The notes under the pieces: model-generated
Seen by the model: only the letters and a program-made list of their open reading frames with translations
What the model was told of the DNA's origin: nothing
Database searches by the model: none
Virus record (IMG/VR): IMGVR_UViG_3300032212_000033
Location: 1-44,150 of that record
DNA from: a virus
Lineage: Duplodnaviria > Caudoviricetes
Strand: one strand, 5' to 3'
Length of the DNA: 44,150 nt
Shown here: in pieces, positions 8,372-18,133 of the stretch
Position numbering within the stretch: position 1 is the stretch's first letter
How the letters are laid out: each line of letters opens with the position of its first letter
Program-made: the position numbers and the translations under genes

Positions 8372-9034
8372 CTACACGTCAGGAGTATTGATAGGTTGGT
8401 CTACCCCATCCATTTCAAGCTCATCCAAACCTTCATCATCACCTAAATCATCTGCATCAACATCACCACCCGTTTTCTCAACGAATTTTTTTAGTTGTAC
8501 GGCAGTTAAATAGAAGTTCAAGCCTTCATTACCTTTAAAGGCATTAACTGCAACAGTCCCATGGATTACACCAACTGAGCCATCACCTATCTCTTTATCA
8601 CCTAAGTTAAGAGGCTGTCCGTTACCACGAAGCACCTTAATCTTATTTGGCTTGCCATCAGGCCATTGAGTGGTAGTCTTAGCTGCCATGATATAGAAAC
8701 CTGTGGGTTGCTTAATAATCTCACCTTCATCATCTTCTTGAGTGTTACCAGCGTTATCAAGCACTGGCTCCATTTCCTCTTTGATAAGGTCATACTGCAT
8801 CTTGGTTGCACCAGCTGGTTTGTTATCTTTCCAATAAGCTTTCATTTGAGCAATTAAAGGTGTTGCTTGCTCTTTAGTTAGAATAGCTGTTGCCGTGAAT
8901 TGGTAACTTGCAGGGTCATTTTTATCAAGCTCACCTGTAGGGTCCATTCTCATTTTACCTTGACCAGTAATGTTTACCCAACGAAGTTCTGCTAGCGGTG
9001 TTTTAAATGTAAATTTTGCTGTTTTTGCTGCCAT
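8372..9034 (-). CDS. ssb: Single-stranded DNA-binding protein (T7 gp2.5-like)
   Basis: FKTP, IGDGS, LNFYLTAVQLKKFVE, acidic C-terminal tail; replication context. Confidence 0.8.
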   Translation of the reverse strand: MAAKTAKFTFKTPLAELRWVNITGQGKMRMDPTGELDKNDPASYQFTATAILTKEQATPLIAQMKAYWKDNKPAGATKMQYDLIKEEMEPVLDNAGNTQEDDEGEIIKQPTGFYIMAAKTTTQWPDGKPNKIKVLRGNGQPLNLGDKEIGDGSVGVIHGTVAVNAFKGNEGLNFYLTAVQLKKFVEKTGGDVDADDLGDDEGLDELEMDGVDQPINTPDV

Positions 9035-9107
9035 GTGTTATTCCTTTTATGACGTTTTATATGTTTTGTGTCAGTTTGACCTTTGTCAGGGACTAAGATA
9101 TTTAAAC

Positions 9108-9147
9108 TATATAATTATATTCAATTATACCTTTATTTAAGTTTAAG
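9108..9147 (-). promoter_or_regulatory. Putative promoter upstream of ssb
   Basis: Minus strand CTTAAACTTAAATAAAGGTATAATTGAATATAAT; near-identical to 1591-1630. Confidence 0.7.
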
Positions 9148-9164
9148 AATTTCTTAAATATTCC

Positions 9165-10439
9165 TTAAACCAGTATGGCTCTATCAGTAGCTCTTGACAA
9201 TGCTACATACATCAGTCTTGCATACTGGAGATAGTGGTTGTTCCTTATAGCCTTCTTAATATCTGATTGAGCTACAAACACTGTACTAAACTCACTACCT
9301 TGTGATTTATGCACTGTTGTAGCATAAGGTCTACGTAAATTGAAGATGTATGACTGATGGTTAAGGTACTGAGACCAAGCCTGACCACGTTCAGCCACAC
9401 CATCTAAGCCTTTATTGTTATAGCACCACTTCTTAAGGTCTACATCTTTGTCAAGGTTGTACTTGTTTATAAGGTTAAACTGTGCATCCTTCACATCTTG
9501 TTCAAACTGCTTAGAATTTGCATAGTGGTCAGTATCTACAAAGACATTAAACTTGCGTCCATCATCCATAAGTATAGACATTTCCTCATATCTTGAGATA
9601 TAAACATCAGTACCCCATTTGTGAATTTCGTCCTCTATTTTACCCTTATCATCAGTCTCTATAACGCCCTTAACGATACTTTTAGGGTACACCCTTGTAT
9701 AGCTACCTTTATCAATTATTTCGCCCGCTATATCGTTAATAACCACCTTAGAACCGATAGAAATAGCCTCTGATTTTATAAGGCTATTAAGTCTTAAAAC
9801 CTCAGCATTTGTAAATGCTAGCACCCTATCTGTCTCAGGGTTAAACTCAGAAGGCCACTGCTTGTCAGTCATCTTTCTAATGTTAGGGTTCATCTTTAGG
9901 TTCATCTCACCCGTACCCTTGATATAGTTCATAAACCTCATAAATGTCTCCACAACCTCAGGAGCATTAGCTCTGTGTTGTTTAGTGAGTTCCCTAATAT
10001 CTGATGTGTAGTCTAGTGGGTCAACAGCATCACCACTCACTGGAGGTAGCTGGTAAGGGTCACCATAAACTGTCACAGGAGTTGTATCAGGTAACACCTC
10101 TAAGAGTTTATCGAGGATGTCAACATTAATCATACTAAACTCATCTATAACAATATGCTTTATCTTAGACAGGTCTGTTTTACCAACTGTTCTAAGAGTC
10201 TGCATCTTTTGACCTTTCCTAAAGTTCTCATTTATGGTAGGTACAAGTTTAAGAGTAGCATAGATAGTATAGACATTCTCAACACCTTTAGATTTTAAAA
10301 CATCTGCAGCCTTGTGCGTAGGCACTAATACTAGAGTGTCTTTTGATACTGCCTTTGATAGGTCTGTACTCTTACCTGAGCCAGCAAAGCCCGTCACAAA
10401 CTCTATTGGTTGGTCATAAGCTGATACTACTTCATTCAT
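9165..10439 (-). CDS. SF1B helicase (Dda/RecD-like)
   Basis: GFAGSGKS, PTHKAA, IDEFSM, GDPYQLPPV, TVHKSQGSEF, YVALSRA. Confidence 0.93.
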   Translation of the reverse strand: MNEVVSAYDQPIEFVTGFAGSGKSTDLSKAVSKDTLVLVPTHKAADVLKSKGVENVYTIYATLKLVPTINENFRKGQKMQTLRTVGKTDLSKIKHIVIDEFSMINVDILDKLLEVLPDTTPVTVYGDPYQLPPVSGDAVDPLDYTSDIRELTKQHRANAPEVVETFMRFMNYIKGTGEMNLKMNPNIRKMTDKQWPSEFNPETDRVLAFTNAEVLRLNSLIKSEAISIGSKVVINDIAGEIIDKGSYTRVYPKSIVKGVIETDDKGKIEDEIHKWGTDVYISRYEEMSILMDDGRKFNVFVDTDHYANSKQFEQDVKDAQFNLINKYNLDKDVDLKKWCYNNKGLDGVAERGQAWSQYLNHQSYIFNLRRPYATTVHKSQGSEFSTVFVAQSDIKKAIRNNHYLQYARLMYVALSRATDRAILV

Positions 10440-10716
10440 TTGAAAGCCTTTTAATTAATGCATCTATATCAGGTAGATAACCTGTTGTGTAGTTATCATC
10501 TTCCCAATCACTAACTATGTTCCTGAGAGCCTCAAGTAATTCCAAGTCATTAACTATATAAGGCACAACCGTCATATAGTGTGCAAATGCTGAGGTACCA
10601 TTTGTAAAATATAGGTACTCCCGCCCCTCAACTATTGTCACCTTTTCCACAGTTCTGTGTTCAGCTCTTACCTTCTTTGAATTGTATACTACATCACCAA
10701 TTTTAAATTTGTTCAT
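10432..10716 (-). CDS. Hypothetical protein
   Basis: ORF coupled to neighbours; KFKIGDVV SH3/YorP-like start. Confidence 0.7.
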   Translation of the reverse strand: MNKFKIGDVVYNSKKVRAEHRTVEKVTIVEGREYLYFTNGTSAFAHYMTVVPYIVNDLELLEALRNIVSDWEDDNYTTGYLPDIDALIKRLSNE

Positions 10717-11033
10717 GCTATTACCCTTGAATAAATTATCTTCTCCAGTTCACTGTCCAGTTCAGGACCACTAGGCATAGACTCACACAACTCATTACAC
10801 TTCACAATCTGCTGATTACTTAGATGCTCCGATGTGTCCAGCACTATATCATATTCTGATACATCATCAATAACATGTATCTCGTCACTGAGATACCCCT
10901 CATTCTGTACCTCTTCAAGAAAGGCTGCAAGTATCTCCTCTCTAGTAGCAATAAGTTCCGACTCCACAACTGAGCCTAAGTGAGGTTCACCGTCCATAAC
11001 ACTATATCTAGTTCTCTTAGTGTACATCTTCAT
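10713..11033 (-). CDS. Hypothetical acidic protein
   Basis: ORF with ATGA overlap to the next gene. Confidence 0.7.
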   Translation of the reverse strand: MKMYTKRTRYSVMDGEPHLGSVVESELIATREEILAAFLEEVQNEGYLSDEIHVIDDVSEYDIVLDTSEHLSNQQIVKCNELCESMPSGPELDSELEKIIYSRVIA

Positions 11034-11172
11034 TCCTTTGCTTATGTTTGTTAGCCATATACTTTTGATTGTCTCTGTGCATGGCTTGCTTACGTGCTTT
11101 CCATGAAGCTTTATTCTCCACTAGACTACCAATCTTAACTGTCTTCTTATGTTTTTCTTCTACGTTGCTCAT
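11017..11172 (-). CDS. Hypothetical basic 51-aa protein (not in ORF track)
   Basis: MSNVEEKHKK...; AAGGAG SD; fills the gap between 11033 and 11147. Confidence 0.55.
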   Translation of the reverse strand: MSNVEEKHKKTVKIGSLVENKASWKARKQAMHRDNQKYMANKHKQRNEDVH

Positions 11173-11596
11173 TTCTTCTCCTTATACTTAGTAACCATCT
11201 TGCATACCTAACAAACAAGTAGTCTTTAGGTCTTGGATACATTATTACTTTGGACTCATCAATCATCCACATACCTTGGTGCATCCATGCGTCCCACACT
11301 CTAGCGTTCTTTAACGAGTCATCACCATCTAGCTTAGCTATAAGCCTTGACAGTTTAGATTGTGAGGAATAAATCTCACGCAACTCATAATAGAGCTCAT
11401 GACTCATTAACCACATCTTCTGTCTAAAGTCCATACGCTTATTAAAGTAGGCTGTATCTATTAAAACAGTGTGCCTATCATACCTAAACATTACTTCAGG
11501 CAAACGTCCATCACTTCTTGCAGCCTCTACCGTTATACTTTTAACATCATAACGTTCACAGAAGATTGGGAGTGGTATGAAACTGGGCTTAATCAT
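11147..11596 (-). CDS. Hypothetical protein, possible DNA-binding
   Basis: ORF in dense minus-strand operon; N-terminus resembles excisionase/MerR-like wHTH. Confidence 0.65.
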   Translation of the reverse strand: MIKPSFIPLPIFCERYDVKSITVEAARSDGRLPEVMFRYDRHTVLIDTAYFNKRMDFRQKMWLMSHELYYELREIYSSQSKLSRLIAKLDGDDSLKNARVWDAWMHQGMWMIDESKVIMYPRPKDYLFVRYARWLLSIRRRNEQRRRKT

Positions 11597-11834
11597 AAAC
11601 TTCTTTGTACCTTTCTCTCCACCACTTGATGGCTTCGTTTATATCTTTACCTCTATTGTAATCTGTATCACAATATGTTGCATGATACAGGTTACGCTTT
11701 AATAACTCAATACGTGCATTGTAAGACTCTTCTTGTGTGAAGTTCTTAATTGTATGCAGGTTAGGTAAACCGTACAACCACAGCGTTAAACTAACGTCAC
11801 TCTTCTTTACGAACCATCTAGTGTAATGTTTCAT
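11589..11834 (-). CDS. Hypothetical protein
   Basis: Coupled ORF. Confidence 0.65.
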   Translation of the reverse strand: MKHYTRWFVKKSDVSLTLWLYGLPNLHTIKNFTQEESYNARIELLKRNLYHATYCDTDYNRGKDINEAIKWWRERYKEVYD

Positions 11835-11944
11835 TTGTTCACCATCTTAATTAATCCATCTAGTATGTCAGGCTCACCTAGTGTTAATATAATTAATGCT
11901 GTGATACATAATACAAGCGTTACCTCATCTAAATTTATTTTCAT
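11831..11944 (-). CDS. Small membrane peptide, 37 aa (not in ORF track)
   Basis: MKINLDEVTLVLCITALIILTLGEPD...; ATGA overlaps at both ends. Confidence 0.6.
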   Translation of the reverse strand: MKINLDEVTLVLCITALIILTLGEPDILDGLIKMVNK

Positions 11945-12348
11945 TTTATTATCCTTGTATCCTTGATTGATAGGTTCTCATAGTTGCTACTGTTCCTATT
12001 GAAGTATTTATACACCTTACCCTCCACAGTAACTATGTTACCCTGATGCTTTGCATAGTTAGGTGGTGTATCTATCCATAGATGATGAGCCACTTTAGCT
12101 TTACCTAGCTTAACCATTTTTAGAAGTATGCGCTTATTGTCACTGCTTACATGTGTTAAGATGCCTGTAACTACAACAGTGTTACCTAAATAAGGTTTAA
12201 GCTTGTTCCTATTAGTAGGATAACTGCCTTTATGTCTACCTGCATAGTCAGTAATAATAGCATTTAACTTACCGTTATTATCCTTTAATGCTTGTAAATT
12301 GCTCAGGGTTGTCAATCCAAACATTTTTAGTAATCTCTTCATTGTCAT
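11941..12348 (-). CDS. Hypothetical basic protein, possible OB fold
   Basis: Beta-rich GNTVVVTG / HLWI / GNIVTVEGKVYKY. Confidence 0.7.
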   Translation of the reverse strand: MTMKRLLKMFGLTTLSNLQALKDNNGKLNAIITDYAGRHKGSYPTNRNKLKPYLGNTVVVTGILTHVSSDNKRILLKMVKLGKAKVAHHLWIDTPPNYAKHQGNIVTVEGKVYKYFNRNSSNYENLSIKDTRIIK

Positions 12349-12349
12349 T

Positions 12350-12784
12350 CTATAAACCTTTCAATAATTCTATATTTGCTAGATATACTTTACTATTATG
12401 AGTTTCTTTCACTTTAGTTTCTAATTCTTCTAACGTACCCCAAAAACACCCTGCTTGTACCATCCAACTATCATCATGTTGTTTGACACAATAAACCAAT
12501 CTTTTTGACGTATCATAAGCTATGAATTGGTAAACATTATTAGCCCTTCTTAAATTAGCACATCTTAAATCAGCACCTCTTAAATTAGCACCTCTTAAAT
12601 TAGCACATCTTAAATCAGCATCTCTTAAATTAGCACCTTCTAAATTAGCACATCTTAAATTAGCACATCTTAAATTAGCACGTTCTAAGGATATTCTATT
12701 AAATATACAATATTTAACCATTTCCTTAACAGTATCATATTCACCTTCATGTATAATAGTTCCATCAATTCTTTTAAGTTGCAT
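12350..12784 (-). CDS. Pentapeptide-repeat protein
   Basis: About 9 A[ND]L[RE]x repeats and C-terminal [12 protein letters not shown] motif. Confidence 0.92.
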   Translation of the reverse strand: MQLKRIDGTIIHEGEYDTVKEMVKYCIFNRISLERANLRCANLRCANLEGANLRDADLRCANLRGANLRGADLRCANLRRANNVYQFIAYDTSKRLVYCVKQHDDSWMVQAGCFWGTLEELETKVKETHNSKVYLANIELLKGL

Positions 12785-12916
12785 CTAATCCACCTCTACT
12801 TCACAGTAACCATGCTGTTCATAAATTCTATCTTGCTTTAGGTGGTCGTATACAGCATACGTTCCTAAAGATAACCATAATATTATAAGTCCAATTGCTA
12901 TGTCATTAATATTCAT
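12785..12916 (-). CDS. Small membrane protein
   Basis: AAGGAG SD before ATG 12916; one hydrophobic helix. Confidence 0.55.
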   Translation of the reverse strand: MNINDIAIGLIILWLSLGTYAVYDHLKQDRIYEQHGYCEVEVD

Positions 12917-13034
12917 CTTATCTCCTTCTAATGCTGCAACGTGTAGCTTTCTTATACATAAGAACAACAGCTAATATGTCTACGTCTTGCATGCCACTGT
13001 CCACACATTGACTAATCAGCTCTATTATTCTCAC

Positions 13035-13217
13035 TTAATATCCTTTGCCTATGTCCTCAATACTACCATTCCTTGTTTGTAGATAGTCAAGGTGTATCTC
13101 ATGGTTACAATTCGCATAACTATGAGGGTGAATAGGTGCTGGCTCAAACCACGTCTCCATGATAGCACCTAAAGCAAACATGAATACTATAACTATAAGA
13201 CCGTATATATGCCTCAT
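13035..13217 (-). CDS. Small membrane protein
   Basis: N-terminal hydrophobic helix; ATGA overlap. Confidence 0.6.
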   Translation of the reverse strand: MRHIYGLIVIVFMFALGAIMETWFEPAPIHPHSYANCNHEIHLDYLQTRNGSIEDIGKGY

Positions 13218-13414
13218 ACTCTTAAGTCCACATGAACTAGTGGTCTGTCTAAGAGTTCTGTTAATGTCTCAACTCTGAGCCTTAAAGACTTGTTGGCTTT
13301 CTCTAGAGTGCTCTTAGCCCTGATAAGGTCTTGAAGCTCTCGTGCATTCACCGTCACTGTGTCGTGTGGGTAGTAAGTGTCTACCATGAAGTCATCTTGT
13401 CTCATATCTGACAA
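13214..13414 (-). CDS. Small coiled-coil protein
   Basis: GGAG SD; heptad segment. Confidence 0.6.
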   Translation of the reverse strand: MSDMRQDDFMVDTYYPHDTVTVNARELQDLIRAKSTLEKANKSLRLRVETLTELLDRPLVHVDLRV

Positions 13415-13860
13415 TCTCCATTATGTGCCTTAACTACTTCATCCCACTCTATAACACCATCTTTAAACAACTGCATTACTTTACAGTCTAGGTCTGTCCA
13501 TCTATCCAACTTCATGGCTCTTCTAACAAACGACTTCATTTCCTTATCTATAGCTTGCTGTGGGATACTATCTTTAACCTCGTGTGCAACCTCCACTACT
13601 CGTAAACGGTCAAAATAGTCATGTCTCCCCGTAGCTTTAGTAATACCCTCAAACTCAATTTGGCTATCTGACTGTAAAGACTCTATAAGTCGTGCTCTGT
13701 CATAGTCAGACAATTTGCCTTCCGGTACGGTGAAGTGGCCATATACCTTATCAATACATGACGTGTGAACTGGGTAGCCTACGTGTTTAGACATAGCTAA
13801 AAAGTGGTTTAGTCTCTTAGCTATGTTAGCCTTCTCTTTAAAAAATTGTGTACGTGTCAT
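13402..13860 (-). CDS. Hypothetical protein
   Basis: AAGGA SD, ATGA overlap. Confidence 0.7.
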   Translation of the reverse strand: MTRTQFFKEKANIAKRLNHFLAMSKHVGYPVHTSCIDKVYGHFTVPEGKLSDYDRARLIESLQSDSQIEFEGITKATGRHDYFDRLRVVEVAHEVKDSIPQQAIDKEMKSFVRRAMKLDRWTDLDCKVMQLFKDGVIEWDEVVKAHNGDCQI

Positions 13861-14009
13861 TTCTTATCCTTTATTATGGTTAATGCTTCATTAATCTTAT
13901 ATGCTGATACCTCTATCAACATCTTAATAGCTGTTACAACAGCCTCCTTGTTACGGTCTGCATGAGACCTGTGCTGTGGCCTAAATGTCTTATCTACTAA
14001 ATGAGACAC
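13857..14009 (-). CDS. Hypothetical protein
   Basis: Part of track ORF 13857-14051; GGAGG SD favours GTG at 14009. Confidence 0.5.
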   Translation of the reverse strand: MSHLVDKTFRPQHRSHADRNKEAVVTAIKMLIEVSAYKINEALTIIKDKK

Positions 14010-14124
14010 TTGGCACCTCCATGGTAGTGTAATCATAGTGATACTTCTCACTCAATATATGAAGGGATATCAACATAATCCCTACCACTACCATATAAAC
14101 ATACTTTACGTTGATTTTAACCAT
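13990..14124 (-). CDS. Small membrane peptide, 44 aa (not in ORF track)
   Basis: MVKINVKYVYMVVVGIMLISLHIL...; GAGG SD right after the primase stop. Confidence 0.5.
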   Translation of the reverse strand: MVKINVKYVYMVVVGIMLISLHILSEKYHYDYTTMEVPSVSFSR

Positions 14125-14125
14125 C

Positions 14126-16516
14126 TCACACCTCCTCAGGATATTTAATGTCTTGAACTTCTCCAAGCATGTTACTAATTAGTGACTTGTAGCCTTCAAA
14201 AGCTTCATCACTCAACGCAAACACATACCCATCACTAGGCCATGTAGCCCAGTCAGGTGGCATGTATGATGGCAAGTGTTTCTTCCACTTAGGTACATAC
14301 TTAGCACCACAGTTGTTAAAATCTACGTGAAGCATCTTGCCTATGCTTGACTTTGAAAACGTAGACTCCGCATGACGTTCAGCCATTACAAAAGGTAGGA
14401 ACATTTCAAACCATTTCCACGGTAATGCCACCTTGCCAGTATCAGCGTTATAGGTATGCACTAAGAACTGATACAGTTGTAACAGCTCACCCTCTCCAGC
14501 TTCATCAACCTTCACTATACCATGTAGGTCTTGAGGCTGACTCAACGAGTGGATAATATTCTGAGTATTCGTAGCACCACTACTCACCCACAGCTTCCTA
14601 TACTCAGTTGGTGGTGCCTCTTTAAACAACGCAAGCTGTGTAGCCTTATCAAACCCTGCACTATATAGGTGATATAGGTAGTCAGTAAACTCCTGAGCCA
14701 CCTCACTATGATCATGAGTCTGAAGCAGTTTAGCGAGCTCAAGTTGCTCCACCTCTGTTAGTGGTTCAGTCATTCCATGGAAATGAGCAGGCTCAAGACA
14801 CAGCATACGTCTATCACTAGGTGACAGCTTAAGCCTAAAGTTAGTTGAACCAGTCAATGCCACCTTTATACGCTCTGTACTAACAGAAGCACCCTTCATA
14901 TTCAGCTTGCGGTATGCGTTAGTATTCTGTTGTTTGATAACAGCGTATGCAGAGTCCCATTCCTTTACAGATAGGTTGGGCATATCCTCTAGCGACAATA
15001 GCCTCACTTGACTCACAGCATCACCCCACCCACTTGTAAGCGTCTTAACATCTATACCACTCGCAGCCTGCTGTAGTATTAGTGAAGGTATTTCAATAGT
15101 AACAGCCGACTTACCTGACCCACCTTTCTCAGTTTCAAGTGCAGCCATCCACAGCACGGTAGAGGGAGACTCACTACCAAACACTACCTGAGCATAAAAA
15201 GCCAGCACTATATCAAGATACGTTGGCCCCACAGTAGAGCGTAGTGTCTTCATCAGTATGTTGTTAGCACTCACAGTATCAATAGGTGATGCTTGTTTGA
15301 TATACTCACTAGGACTATACAGATTGACCTGATGTCTGTCGTGTCTAGTATCAATGGTATACTGTGGCTCATATGGAGAGTTCATAGTATAGATGATAGG
15401 CAGGTTAGAGTCCCACCCTACAACCCTACCTTCTTCATTCACTATATCTCTCTCAGGATGTAATGCTTGTGCCGTGTTGATGTCAATGAGATACGAGTTA
15501 CCATGAGCTACAGGCTCACGTGAAAACTTATCTACCTCAATGAAAAACAACTTACCATTGTTAATGGTTCTGAAGATTGGACTCTCTGTCGCAGGCTGAC
15601 TATCTAAATGCTCTTGAAAGGTCTGATCATCATCACTAAGTGAAAAGTGAGTAAGACTGGCGTGCTGAGGCAAACTCGGCAGTATATTGACGTGCATCAG
15701 AGATTGACTCATATCAGACATAGGATTGATACCCCACTGCGTTAGTAGCTTGTAGAGTGCAGGCACAGTATGTTCGTTGTAATCAAGCTCTGCAGTTGCA
15801 GTTAGCTTTACAGCAATCTTATTGAACAAGTCATAACTCAGTGGAAAGTCCTTGAGGTCAATCTTCTTTGTACCTGATTGAATATACTCTGCTGGAATGA
15901 TTGACCTATAAAAGGCATTCCACTGCTTACGACTCGTCAGCTCATCTTCAAGGAACGCCCTGACCAGGTTGAAACGCTGGACGTTAGTGGTTGGGGTTAT
16001 AATCCCAGTCTTGTTAGTGGTAGGCACGTCCAGCGAGTCAATCAGTTTCAGGAGGTCTTCAGGAGCCTCAAGCATTGGATTGTCATGAAGCTGATAGTGC
16101 TCACTAAACGTATGCGCTTCAAATATAGTACCATATGAAAACACATCACAATCAGTACCTAATATATGCGTTATGCGATTAGGGATGTTTGATGTGTTGG
16201 CGTTGTAGTAGATATGATAACTCCCTGGCTTAGTTGTCTGTGAGTAAAGGCTCAGAGGCAGTGTAAGCTCAAGAGAGGGTATCTCAATGGTATTTGCTTC
16301 ATTGTCTATAATTGAATACTCACCATCTATGTCAAACACTATGATATCTTTGGTTAAGAAGTGACGTGCCATGTTGTCATTCGGATAGCTTGACCAGTTT
16401 AGGTTGTCTACCCTCTTGGCATCTTTGGCTTTCTTCTTGCCATGCTCCATAGTCCACTGTCCCGCTGGAGTTAGAGTGATGTTGTGTTTAGAGAATGTCT
16501 CTATAATGTTTTGCAT
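14126..16516 (-). CDS. Primase-helicase (AEP/prim-pol N-terminus plus SF3-like helicase)
   Basis: IVFDIDG (DxD) and SYHIYY AEP motifs; KGGSGKS Walker A, LSLED Walker B, TGSTN motif C; probable start 16516. Confidence 0.82.
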   Translation of the reverse strand: MQNIIETFSKHNITLTPAGQWTMEHGKKKAKDAKRVDNLNWSSYPNDNMARHFLTKDIIVFDIDGEYSIIDNEANTIEIPSLELTLPLSLYSQTTKPGSYHIYYNANTSNIPNRITHILGTDCDVFSYGTIFEAHTFSEHYQLHDNPMLEAPEDLLKLIDSLDVPTTNKTGIITPTTNVQRFNLVRAFLEDELTSRKQWNAFYRSIIPAEYIQSGTKKIDLKDFPLSYDLFNKIAVKLTATAELDYNEHTVPALYKLLTQWGINPMSDMSQSLMHVNILPSLPQHASLTHFSLSDDDQTFQEHLDSQPATESPIFRTINNGKLFFIEVDKFSREPVAHGNSYLIDINTAQALHPERDIVNEEGRVVGWDSNLPIIYTMNSPYEPQYTIDTRHDRHQVNLYSPSEYIKQASPIDTVSANNILMKTLRSTVGPTYLDIVLAFYAQVVFGSESPSTVLWMAALETEKGGSGKSAVTIEIPSLILQQAASGIDVKTLTSGWGDAVSQVRLLSLEDMPNLSVKEWDSAYAVIKQQNTNAYRKLNMKGASVSTERIKVALTGSTNFRLKLSPSDRRMLCLEPAHFHGMTEPLTEVEQLELAKLLQTHDHSEVAQEFTDYLYHLYSAGFDKATQLALFKEAPPTEYRKLWVSSGATNTQNIIHSLSQPQDLHGIVKVDEAGEGELLQLYQFLVHTYNADTGKVALPWKWFEMFLPFVMAERHAESTFSKSSIGKMLHVDFNNCGAKYVPKWKKHLPSYMPPDWATWPSDGYVFALSDEAFEGYKSLISNMLGEVQDIKYPEEV

Positions 16517-16517
16517 A

Positions 16518-16988
16518 CTACGCCACCACAGCGTTGTCAAGCATGGTCAGCAGGACGTCTGACAGAGGCTCATCAAGCGTTACGTACATAGGTATAATAT
16601 CTGTGGGATACTCTTCATGACTAACACGCTCACAAATATAAGCCATTAAAGTGCCTGCGTCAGTAGCATCCATGTTCCACGTGGTAATAGTTAGCTTGTC
16701 AGGAAAGAATGACAATGCTTCAGCCACTTGAGTGGCAGTCCCTATAATAGGTTTGAGGTCATTGTCCCTAGTTATATAATACACCGTTGTTCCTGATGAT
16801 ATTGACGCCCTGAGTAGTGCGGCTATTGGACTCAGCTTTGCTTGTGACATGCCTATGTCCTCTGCAACAGCTACTTGTCCATAGTCTCTTATGCGTTTTA
16901 GAATGTCCGCTCTGTGATCTATGATGGCTATATAGTATTGAGGATTGTGTGGAATGCTTAGCCTTTTTAGTAGGTCTGTGTATGCCAT
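16518..16988 (-). CDS. Hypothetical protein with HTH-like segment
   Basis: GQVAVAEDIGMSQAKLS; AAGGA SD. Confidence 0.65.
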   Translation of the reverse strand: MAYTDLLKRLSIPHNPQYYIAIIDHRADILKRIRDYGQVAVAEDIGMSQAKLSPIAALLRASISSGTTVYYITRDNDLKPIIGTATQVAEALSFFPDKLTITTWNMDATDAGTLMAYICERVSHEEYPTDIIPMYVTLDEPLSDVLLTMLDNAVVA

Positions 16989-17018
16989 TGTTAGTTCCTT
17001 TATTTAATTAATATTTAT

Positions 17019-17053
17019 TATTATATATTAATAATTCTTTATCCAAGCTTAAA
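17019..17053 (-). promoter_or_regulatory. Putative promoter
   Basis: Minus strand TTTAAG-CTTGG-ATAAAG-N11-TATAAT, upstream of 16988. Confidence 0.6.
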
Positions 17054-17240
17054 ATAAATGGAATTATTAATAATTATAAAACTGGTTTAGTCTGAGCTGT
17101 TTTTGACCCATTATAATTTGACCCGATTCTAAGAATTATAGAATTATAGGGGTGAACCTGCAATAGAGATTCTATTCTACTTTAACTATATAGATTATAG
17201 TATTCTATATAGGGTGTTTATAATTATAGAACAATGAATA

Positions 17241-17272
17241 ATTATATAATTTATTCTTTATTTAACCTTAAA
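17241..17272 (-). promoter_or_regulatory. Putative promoter
   Basis: Minus strand TTTAAG-GTTAA-ATAAAG-N9-TATAAT. Confidence 0.5.
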
Positions 17273-17281
17273 TGACCCTAA

Positions 17282-17497
17282 TCACTCCTTTTGTGATAGG
17301 TACTCAGCTTTAAACTCACTGTCACTCATATATTCATAGGCTTTCATGAGTAGAAACACACCTTTAACAGTTTTTACCGTGTTTGACAGCTTATAAAGCT
17401 TGCTATCTATAATTCTACTGACCTCAATAACTCCATCTTGGCTGTACTCAGCCGTAGTTCCATTACTTAATCTCATTTTCAACTCCTTACACAACAT
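17282..17497 (-). CDS. Hypothetical protein
   Basis: ORF; AAGGAG SD favours the internal start MRLSNG. Confidence 0.65.
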   Translation of the reverse strand: MLCKELKMRLSNGTTAEYSQDGVIEVSRIIDSKLYKLSNTVKTVKGVFLLMKAYEYMSDSEFKAEYLSQKE

Positions 17498-17544
17498 TAT
17501 ATACTCACCTTAGTGAATATAATTATATTATATAATCTAATTAA

Positions 17545-17580
17545 ATAAAAAGGCTTACTCAATATAACCTTTGAGTAAGC
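17545..17580 (-). terminator. Rho-independent terminator
   Basis: 10-bp stem GCTTACTCAA/TTGAGTAAGC followed by CTTTTTATT on the minus strand. Confidence 0.8.
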
Positions 17581-17638
17581 TTAAGTATCCTAGCCTAGCC
17601 AAGATACCTTGTATACCCAAAGTAAACTTTGGGATAAC

Positions 17639-18133
17639 TTAAGCGATACTCTCAAGAGCATCTTCATAAGTAGCGTAGTTCTCAGCATCGCCATCATACT
17701 CAGCTTTGATTTCAGATTGAGCAACTGCTTCAGCCTTAGCTTCTTTCCAAGCTTTGATATCTTCAGTTTCTTCAAGTTGAACATCAGCTTCTTTAAGAGC
17801 ATTTTCAAGCTCAGTCTTAGAATGACGTGCTGCTGCCGCACCTAGTTTAGATTGATAAGCTAACTTTGAGTTACCTTGTTCATCTTTACCAACTGTACCA
17901 AACTCAGATACTGGTAAATATATACCAAAGTATGAACAACGCTTAAGAACAGCAACACCCTCATCATCACGAACAATAGTGTTAGTAGCAACAACTTTAC
18001 CAGCAAACAAACCATCTAATGTAGTCTTAACTTCTTGAGTGATTTCACCCGCTTCAAATAACTCTGCTGTTTTAGCTGTTAGTGCTTCACGAGCAACTGT
18101 TTTTGTAAACCATGTTTTTTTAGTATCAGACAT
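17639..18133 (-). CDS. Early hypothetical protein (Ala/Glu/Lys-rich)
   Basis: AAAGGAG SD before ATG 18133 (MSDTKK); strongly biased codon use; followed by terminator. Confidence 0.8.
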   Translation of the reverse strand: MSDTKKTWFTKTVAREALTAKTAELFEAGEITQEVKTTLDGLFAGKVVATNTIVRDDEGVAVLKRCSYFGIYLPVSEFGTVGKDEQGNSKLAYQSKLGAAAARHSKTELENALKEADVQLEETEDIKAWKEAKAEAVAQSEIKAEYDGDAENYATYEDALESIA

